Below are positions 57,391 through 64,000 of a stretch of DNA of 64,000 nucleotides, in pieces. The stretch is from Ancrocorticia sp. (GTDB taxonomy: Bacteria; Actinomycetota; Actinomycetes; Actinomycetales; Actinomycetaceae), in contig JASGHO010000001.1 in NCBI GenBank assembly GCA_047602305.1, positions 3,151,898-3,215,897 on the forward strand. The letters run 5' to 3'. The position numbers and the translations under genes were made by a program. Below the pieces are notes generated by a model, which did no database searches, was not told the origin of the DNA, and saw only the letters and a list, made by a program, of their open reading frames with translations. Numbering within the stretch: position 1 is the first letter of the stretch; each line of letters starts with the position of its first letter.

Positions 57391-58359
57391 ATGGTCCGCA
57401 TCGGCATCGTGGGAACGAACTTCATCAGCGAATGGTTTGTGGCGGGAGCGCGGCGCACCGCGGGACGGGTTGAGCCGGTGGCGGTGTACTCGCGGTCCGC
57501 CGAACGTGCCGAGGCTTTCGCGCAGCAGGAGGGGATCGCGCGCGGCTTCGGTGATTATGAGGAGATGCTGGACGCGGTCGACGCCGTGTACATCGCCAGC
57601 CCCACCATCGCACACCACCCGCAGGCGATGGCGGCGATCGAGGCGGGCAAGCACGTGCTGGTGGAAAAGACGATCACCCAGTCGCTGCCCGAAGCCGAGG
57701 AGATCTTCGCGGCGGCCGAGAAGCAGGGCGTGGTGGCGATGGAAGCGATGCGTCACCTGCACACGCCCGATTATCGGCTCCTGCAGGATGCCATCGGGCG
57801 CATCGGCACGATTCGTTACGCCAACATTCAGAAGTTGCAGTACTCCTCGCGCTACGATCGCTTCCGCGCCGGCGAGGTTCTCAATGCTTTCAAGCCGGAG
57901 CTCGGGAATTCCGCGATCGTGGATATTGGTGTGTACTGCCTGGAGCCGGCGCTTGACCTGTTTGGTGTGCCGATTTCGCACACTGGGCACAGTGTCTACC
58001 TGCACAATGGCTTCGAGGGCGGCGGCAGCATCCAGTTCCAGTACGAGCAGATGATTGCGGACGTTACGTACTCGAAGATCATCGGTGGTGTCGCTCCGAG
58101 CACCATCATTGGCGAGGACGGCGCGGTGACCATCGACATGGTGGGTGAGCCGTCGCTCATTGAGCTGCACGGGCGGGACGGCAAGGAGACGCTGTTGGAA
58201 TGCGCGCCGGTGCACCCCTCCGACACCATGCAGCACGAACTGCTGGTGTTCGCCGATCAGGTGGAAAGTGGCGTGACGGATCCGCGCTGGAAGAACGTCA
58301 CGCTACAGGCGCGGCGCATCATGGACGAGCACCTGGCACGGACGGCGCCGGCGAAGTAG
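57391..58359 (+). CDS. Gfo/Idh/MocA family oxidoreductase
   Basis: 'RIGIVGT.FI', 'DAVYIASP...H', 'GKHVLVEK', 'DIGVY'. Confidence 0.92.
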   Translation: MVRIGIVGTNFISEWFVAGARRTAGRVEPVAVYSRSAERAEAFAQQEGIARGFGDYEEMLDAVDAVYIASPTIAHHPQAMAAIEAGKHVLVEKTITQSLPEAEEIFAAAEKQGVVAMEAMRHLHTPDYRLLQDAIGRIGTIRYANIQKLQYSSRYDRFRAGEVLNAFKPELGNSAIVDIGVYCLEPALDLFGVPISHTGHSVYLHNGFEGGGSIQFQYEQMIADVTYSKIIGGVAPSTIIGEDGAVTIDMVGEPSLIELHGRDGKETLLECAPVHPSDTMQHELLVFADQVESGVTDPRWKNVTLQARRIMDEHLARTAPAK

Positions 58360-58607
58360 AGGAGGGGACTGGGCGGTAGGCCAACAGTGTCGGATCTTCG
58401 TTCGGACTATGCGGCAGCATTCGCTGAGCAGGAATTGGGTCCTGTGTTGAGTCGCAATGGTTGAATCTGGCAACGGAAATGATGATGTTCAACGCGAGCG
58501 CTGACAATCCCAGGCAATTCTGACGTTCTCAAAAATATCGTCTACATGAGGGGATCGATGCGGCAATATAACCGCAACGATCCCCTCAGCGCAGTCAAAT
58601 TTTTGAG

Positions 58608-59276
58608 CTAGCCCTCCACGGCAATTCCGAGGTGGTGCGCGAACGCCTCAGCGAGCACAACAACCTGTCCGCGGCTGAGCGTTACCCCGCGCGCACCTTC
58701 GAGCCCGTTGATGATCCCGATCTCTGCCCCGCGCAGGTCCACGTTCTGCAACCGCGTCCTGCCTAGGCTCACGGTATCGATGACGCACCCCTCGAAGGCC
58801 ACCCGCGCGGCGGTACATCCATCAAAATCGACTTCCCCGATGCGGCAGTTGCGGAACACTACGTTGGTCAGTTCGGCCGCCCGCAGGTTGAGGAAGTCGA
58901 GTTTGCAGGAGTCGAAGAGTGTTGACTGGACATCCGCGTTGCTCGCCTCGACCACTCCGAGTCGAGAATTGATGACCACGACGTCCCGAAAGCTCGCCCT
59001 GTCCGTGCGAAAGACCGGTGCGGTCATCCCGTCGATGCGGGTTTCGCTGAAGCGGACGCTGCGGAACTCGGTGCCGTCGGCGACGGGCCGGACGAACTCG
59101 CATTCCAAGAACACGGTACCGGAGAGGTCGCGGTAGGAAAGGTCGGCGTCGACGAACCTCATCGCATCGTAGCTGCGTTGTGCCGTCAGCAGCTCGGGAT
59201 CGGTCTCGTCCAATTCAGGCAAGATGAGTGGCGAGATAGAAGGGGCTGGGTTCTGCTTCCTGCGCTGTGCGGCCAT
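58608..59276 (-). CDS. Pentapeptide repeat protein
   Basis: Periodic 'ADLSYRDLSGTVF', 'ASFRDVVV', 'AELTNVVFRNCRIGEVDF', 'LQNVDLRGAEI'. Confidence 0.88.
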   Translation of the reverse strand: MAAQRRKQNPAPSISPLILPELDETDPELLTAQRSYDAMRFVDADLSYRDLSGTVFLECEFVRPVADGTEFRSVRFSETRIDGMTAPVFRTDRASFRDVVVINSRLGVVEASNADVQSTLFDSCKLDFLNLRAAELTNVVFRNCRIGEVDFDGCTAARVAFEGCVIDTVSLGRTRLQNVDLRGAEIGIINGLEGARGVTLSRGQVVVLAEAFAHHLGIAVEG

Positions 59277-59576
59277 GCGTCCCAGTCTTCCACAAGCGGG
59301 ACGACGTGGATCCGACTGTTCGGGAACTCTGCCAACCATCCGCCAGCTCACTGTCAACCATCGGCCAGCCCTGTCAACCATCAGCGCCCGCCCCGCCGAA
59401 TCCGTCTCAGCAGGAGAACACGTAGGCAACGCCACCTCGCTTTCTTCGACCCATCGGTAACCAGCGCAAGGCCTCGCTACCAGCGGTTTTACTGGAACTG
59501 TTCCAGGCGTCGCCGTCGCCCCCGGTGCCCCTACAGGACAAAAGCACCTCCTCAGCGCCCCGCCTCCTCTGACACA

Positions 59577-60440
59577 ATGAAGCCCATGACAGCCGACCAG
59601 AGCAAACTCTTCCCGGGATCACAATTCATCTCGACAGTCCTCGACGCCGCCGACACCAAAGTGAACATGACGAAAGCGATCACTCGCGTTTACCTCATGC
59701 GCGCGGCGATGGCGGGATTCCTTATCGGACTTTTCTACCTTGCCAACTACGCTGTGATCGCGGCGTTCACGGCGATCTCCCCGGAGATTTACGACGCGGG
59801 TCGCTTCGTGGGTGCCATCGTGTTCGGGTTCGCGCTCGCGTTCATTTATTTCACGAAGTCTGAGCTGCTGACGTCGAACATGATGATCGAGACGATCGCG
59901 CTGTATTACAAGCGGGTCAAGGTCGGACGCGCGTTTACCGTGCTGCTGCTGTGTTTCGCCGGTAACATCATCGGCGGTTTGGTGATTGCGTTGCTCGTCA
60001 ACGGCAGCTCGCTGCTCGACGGCGCCGCGGGCGAACTCGTTGCGCACACGGTGGAGGCCAAGCTCGCGTACGTCACGTCCGGGGCGGGCAGCATGCTCGA
60101 CCTCTTCGTCCGCGCCATCCTCTGTAATTTCATGATCAACGTGGCGATGCTGCTCACCTACAACGGCCACGTCAAGGCCGACGGCGTCAAGGTGATCGCC
60201 ATGAACGTCTCCGTGGTGCTGTTTGCGTTCCTCGGTTTCGAGCATTCCGTTGCGAACACTGTGCTCTTCATGATTGAGGGCCTCCATGGCGGTATCGATG
60301 TGCTCGCGGCGGCTGGAAATGTGGGCATCGCGCTCCTCGGCAACTACGTGGGCGGCGGCTTGCTGATCGGCTGGTATTACGCCTACGCGAACGACCCGAG
60401 CCACGGCCTGGCCCACTCCTCGGTGGGAGTGAAGGGCTAG
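59577..60440 (+). CDS. Formate/nitrite transporter family protein
   Basis: 'SELLTSN', 'CFAGNIIGG', 'AILCN...N.A', 'GFEHSVAN', 'LGNYVGG'. Confidence 0.93.
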   Translation: MKPMTADQSKLFPGSQFISTVLDAADTKVNMTKAITRVYLMRAAMAGFLIGLFYLANYAVIAAFTAISPEIYDAGRFVGAIVFGFALAFIYFTKSELLTSNMMIETIALYYKRVKVGRAFTVLLLCFAGNIIGGLVIALLVNGSSLLDGAAGELVAHTVEAKLAYVTSGAGSMLDLFVRAILCNFMINVAMLLTYNGHVKADGVKVIAMNVSVVLFAFLGFEHSVANTVLFMIEGLHGGIDVLAAAGNVGIALLGNYVGGGLLIGWYYAYANDPSHGLAHSSVGVKG

Positions 60441-60522
60441 TCCTTTCACGCTTGCGAACGAACGCTGCCCGGTTGGAGTTGATTCCGACCGGGCAGCGTT
60501 GTTTGTTCAGTTGGTGAGTTGT

Positions 60523-61251
60523 TCAGTCCGTGCGGACGGGGCACGTGGGTTCTGGGGCTGTGCGTCCTCCAATGACGACGACGTCGTCCTTCGGCCAGTC
60601 CCGCACTTCCGTCTCCTTGGGGGCGAGGTTCTTCGACTGGTTGAAGAAGATCGGGCGGCCGTAGGGGCTGGCGATGGCGTCGTGGACGGGCAGGGCGAGG
60701 CGCGGCTTGACGTCGCGCAGGAAGTCGATGGTTTCTTCCATCTTGCTCCAGGGGGCGACGACGGCGAAGGCCAGCACGTCGATGCGGCGGAAGGCATCGA
60801 TGGGTTCGAGGGAGTCGCCGGTGATGCCGAGGCGTGGTTCGCCGATGGCTTCGAGGACGATGCCGGTGTTGCCCACGCGCGGGATGTCCGGGTGAATGAC
60901 GGCGTGCAGGCCGCCGTAGCCGCGGATGGTGACGTCGCGGACTTCGTGGACGTCGCCAGCGGCGAGCTCGATGATGGGGTGGCCCGCGGCGGGGGAGTCC
61001 TCGGCGGTGAGGATGGCGGCGGTCTCGGGCTCGGCGATGACGGGGATGTCCGGGTTGTCCGCGAGGATTTGTGCGAGCAGGCCGGGGTGGATGTGATCGG
61101 GATGCTGGTGAGTGATGAGCACGGCGTCCAGCCCGGTGATCGGTCCGTATTCCTTGATCTTCTCCACGCTGAACGCACCCGGATCTACAAGGATCCGGGT
61201 GCCGGCCATGGTGACCAGCAGGCACGAGTGGTTGAGGTGGCGAACTTCCAT
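60523..61251 (-). CDS. MBL-fold metallo-hydrolase
   Basis: 'HSCLLV......LVDPG', 'THQHPDH', 'HAVIHPD', 'GDS', 'PVHDA'. Confidence 0.92.
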   Translation of the reverse strand: MEVRHLNHSCLLVTMAGTRILVDPGAFSVEKIKEYGPITGLDAVLITHQHPDHIHPGLLAQILADNPDIPVIAEPETAAILTAEDSPAAGHPIIELAAGDVHEVRDVTIRGYGGLHAVIHPDIPRVGNTGIVLEAIGEPRLGITGDSLEPIDAFRRIDVLAFAVVAPWSKMEETIDFLRDVKPRLALPVHDAIASPYGRPIFFNQSKNLAPKETEVRDWPKDDVVVIGGRTAPEPTCPVRTD

Positions 61252-61471
61252 TGGTCGCGGTCCTTCCGACGAAGTTGGGCTTGCCTATAGGTTGAGGTTT
61301 TCCGACGAGATGAGCTCTTCTGAATCTACCGCACTGCGGCGGTCGAGTGGCAAGGCGACGCTGTTAAATGTCAGGACTGAAAGGCTCGGTGGGGCGAGGT
61401 TGCGGCTCGGTGGCAGGGCGAGGTTGCGGCTCGGACGTCAGGCGAGGCTGCTGCTCAGTCGCAAGGCAACG

Positions 61472-64000
61472 CTACTCAGTCGCAAGGTCAATGAAGTCCT
61501 GAACCTGGTCAGGTACGAGATAAGGCAAGGAAGTCCAGCCGTACCAAGGATGTCCAGAAGCAAGCCAGATCTTGCCGAGTCGTTGGGAAAATATGTCTTG
61601 TATTTCTGGATCTCTCAGGTTGGAGGTGAGTCGCGCGGCGATGTAGGCCAGCGCGTTGTCCTTGTCAAAATCGTCGGTGATGGTTTTTGCGATGGCGAGG
61701 GCTTCGTCGATGACTTTGCCTGCTTTGGCTGGATCGGTGGTGGCGAGTTGTTGGGCGATGATGGCCAGAACCGAGACCTTGCCGTGGTCGTAGGTAATGG
61801 TTCTGGCCGTGGTGAGGGCTTCGTCGGTGACTGTGTTTGCTTTGGTTGGGTCGGTGATGGCGAGTTGCTTAGCAATGTTGTCCAGAGCCAAGACCTTGTC
61901 ATACTTGTTGGTAATGGTTCTGGCCGTGGTGAGGGCTTCGTCGGTGACTGTGTTTGCTTTGGTTGGGTCGGTGGTGGTGAGGCTTTGGGCGATGTTGGTC
62001 AGAGCCCTGGCCTTGTCATAGTTGGAGGTGATGGTGCTGGCGGCTTCGAGCGCTGTGGTGGGATTGGTGCTGCCGAGCGAGAGAGCTCGGGTGGTGAGGG
62101 TATTGGAGATGTTGGCCAGCGCCATGCTCTTGTCGTTGTCGTTGTTGATGATCGAGGTGGCGAGGGCTTCGTCGATAACTTTGCCTGCTTTGGCTGGATC
62201 GGTGGTGGCGAGTTGTTGGGCGATGATGGCCAGAACCGAGACCTTGCCGCGGCCGTTGGTAATGGTTCTGGTGGTGGTGAGGGCTTCTTCTGCGACTGTG
62301 TTTGCTTTGGTTGGGTCGGTGGTGGCGAGTTGCCCAGCAATCTTGGCCAGAACGCTGGCCTTGAGGTAGTCGTTGGTGATGGTTTTTGCGGTGGTGAGGG
62401 CTTCTTCTGCGACTGTGTTTGCTTTGGCTGGGTCGGTAGCAGCGAGGCATTGGGCGATGCTGGCTAGAGCCTCAGCTTTCAGGTGGTTATCGGTGATGGT
62501 ACTGGCGACAGTGAGGGCTCTAATGGGGCCGGTGGTGGAGAGACTCTGGGCGATGCCAGACAGTGCCCGGTCCTTCCAAGGATCGTTGGTGATGGTTTTT
62601 GCGGTGGTGAGGGCTTCGTCGGTAACTTTGTTTGCTTTGGCTGGATCGATGGATATGAGGCTTTGGGCGATGTTGGCCAGGGCCCTGGCCTTGTCATAGT
62701 TGTCGGTAATGGTTTTGGCGATGATGAGGGCTTTGTCGATAACTTTGTTTGCTTTGGTTGGGTCGGTGGCAGTGGTGAGGCTTTGGACGATGCCAGTCAG
62801 CGCCCAGACCTTCGAGCTGTTGTCGGTGATGGTTTTGGCGACAGTGAGGGCTCTAATGGGATCGGTGATGGCGAGGCTGTAGACGATGTCAACCATCCTC
62901 CCGGCCTTCATACTCGCGTCGACGATGGTGTTGGCAATGGTGAGGGCTTCTTCGGTGACTTTGCTTGCTTTGGCTGGGTCGGTCCTAGCGATTTGCTGGG
63001 CGATTCTGGCCAGAGCCCCGGCCTTCATAAAGCTATCGGTGATGGTGTCGGCTGTCGTGAGGGCTTCTTCGGCTGTCCGAATCGAGGTGGCGTGGTCGGC
63101 TACGTTATCTAGGATCGGTGTTAGCTTGCTGAGAGCTAAAGCTCTCCTGGATGGATCGGGGATGGCCCTTGCAATGCCAATCGCTCTGCGCAATTGTCCA
63201 AGCTTGGCAAGAGTGGCAGGAAGACTTTCGGTTACATTTGCATACTTCTGCTTGAGAGAATCCGAGTAGGTTAGCGTTTTTGCTAGTTGCAGGAGGTTCA
63301 GGTGACCATTGGTCCAGTGATCCAGCAAATCTTGTGAGGCATTTCGGAGTTGCGAGAGGGCTTCGTCATCGGCCCAATGCTTCCGGGCAAGGAGATCCTT
63401 CCGATTGTCGTCCGTGACGATTTGAACGCCCCGATCCTGCAGATCGGGGTCTGCGCAAAGGAGCGACACGAATGTAGCTGATACAAGGTATTCAGGTGTG
63501 CTGTCCGGCCAACCTTTGGTTGCCCACTCTTGACCCCAATCGGCGATCCTATGCCTCCATGGCCGTAAGGCTGCCTGGCGTTCAGCTTGATAGCGGGTGC
63601 GATCAGCGTTTGCTTGTTCTTCAGTTACACCTTGGTTAACGGAAGGAGGCTTGACGGGAGTATCCAGGAACTTTGTGACAAGAATTTGGTCGAGCATATC
63701 GTGGCCGAGGGTGTATGCGTATTGACCATCGGGCAACTTTGCAACATTGAACGAGCGCCCGTCGCGTGAAGCCAAAAGCTCATCAATGACCCACCGAGGT
63801 TGACCTGTCAGTTCTGATAAATCCTGTGCCGTAAGGGCGGCACCGGAAGCGGCAAGAAAAGCCAGAATGTCCCGGCCATATCTATCTTGGCCGTTACTGA
63901 TTCGGAGAATTACCCGGAGTTCAGCGATTGCTCGGTCTCTTGCCGCCACAGCGGCAGGAGATTCTGTGAGGAGATGTTGTGGAATCGCTCGAAGTGGATG
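61472..64000 (-). CDS. Large protein with STAND-type winged-helix region and about 13 TPR/HEAT-like repeats; 5' end outside the window
   Basis: Frame open to 64000; 'RDILAFL.A.G..LT..DL.ELTG...W.I.ELL....GRSF......Y.LGHD.L'; 39-aa and about 32-aa repeats 'DP.KA..V..EAL..A.TIT....K...LA.IA..L'. Confidence 0.7.
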   Translation of the reverse strand, partial: HPLRAIPQHLLTESPAAVAARDRAIAELRVILRISNGQDRYGRDILAFLAASGAALTAQDLSELTGQPRWVIDELLASRDGRSFNVAKLPDGQYAYTLGHDMLDQILVTKFLDTPVKPPSVNQGVTEEQANADRTRYQAERQAALRPWRHRIADWGQEWATKGWPDSTPEYLVSATFVSLLCADPDLQDRGVQIVTDDNRKDLLARKHWADDEALSQLRNASQDLLDHWTNGHLNLLQLAKTLTYSDSLKQKYANVTESLPATLAKLGQLRRAIGIARAIPDPSRRALALSKLTPILDNVADHATSIRTAEEALTTADTITDSFMKAGALARIAQQIARTDPAKASKVTEEALTIANTIVDASMKAGRMVDIVYSLAITDPIRALTVAKTITDNSSKVWALTGIVQSLTTATDPTKANKVIDKALIIAKTITDNYDKARALANIAQSLISIDPAKANKVTDEALTTAKTITNDPWKDRALSGIAQSLSTTGPIRALTVASTITDNHLKAEALASIAQCLAATDPAKANTVAEEALTTAKTITNDYLKASVLAKIAGQLATTDPTKANTVAEEALTTTRTITNGRGKVSVLAIIAQQLATTDPAKAGKVIDEALATSIINNDNDKSMALANISNTLTTRALSLGSTNPTTALEAASTITSNYDKARALTNIAQSLTTTDPTKANTVTDEALTTARTITNKYDKVLALDNIAKQLAITDPTKANTVTDEALTTARTITYDHGKVSVLAIIAQQLATTDPAKAGKVIDEALAIAKTITDDFDKDNALAYIAARLTSNLRDPEIQDIFSQRLGKIWLASGHPWYGWTSLPYLVPDQVQDFIDLATE

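Noticed and set aside
61112-63112. Long plus-strand ORFs (61112-62467, 62483-63112 and others)
   Set aside because: Antisense shadows of the repeat protein; repetitive codons suppress stops.

Overview
High-GC actinobacterial chromosome segment, most consistent with an Actinomycetaceae-like organism; the family assignment is inferred from gene content. 1-27 kb is mostly housekeeping: padR pair, class II UvrA, msrA, greA, isoprenyl transferase, xseAB, ispH, rmuC, an alkaline phosphatase fused to a WxL-like domain next to a DUF916-like partner, two tandem lipoprotein paralogs, helR with a rifamycin-associated-element-like palindrome, and ychF. Directly after ychF is an accessory region (about 27.4-39.7 kb). 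It holds a DNA adenine methyltransferase with an in-frame stop, then 1-3-gene modules (HigBA-type TA, GNAT, MerR, NDT-like, DUF1801, AlbA_2-HATPase, AAA ATPase, VapBC, ArfB). Seven co-oriented copies of one imperfect palindromic repeat separate these modules. The region is two diverged copies of one ancestral unit, so an 'empty' and a 'filled' version of the same repeat site can be compared; this suggests repeat-delimited cassette traffic, though no integrase or transposase is in the window. Both copies carry a near-identical 125-nt structured element with a tRNA-like T-arm, starting right behind an extended -10 promoter. 40-61 kb holds transport, regulatory and detoxification genes with clear operator sites (DtxR box, MarR, HigA, FadR-type). 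The window ends inside a large STAND/NLR-like protein with about 13 conserved helical repeats and hypervariable positions. No rRNA, canonical tRNA, CRISPR array or transposase was found. All calls come from motif reading by eye; no searches were run.
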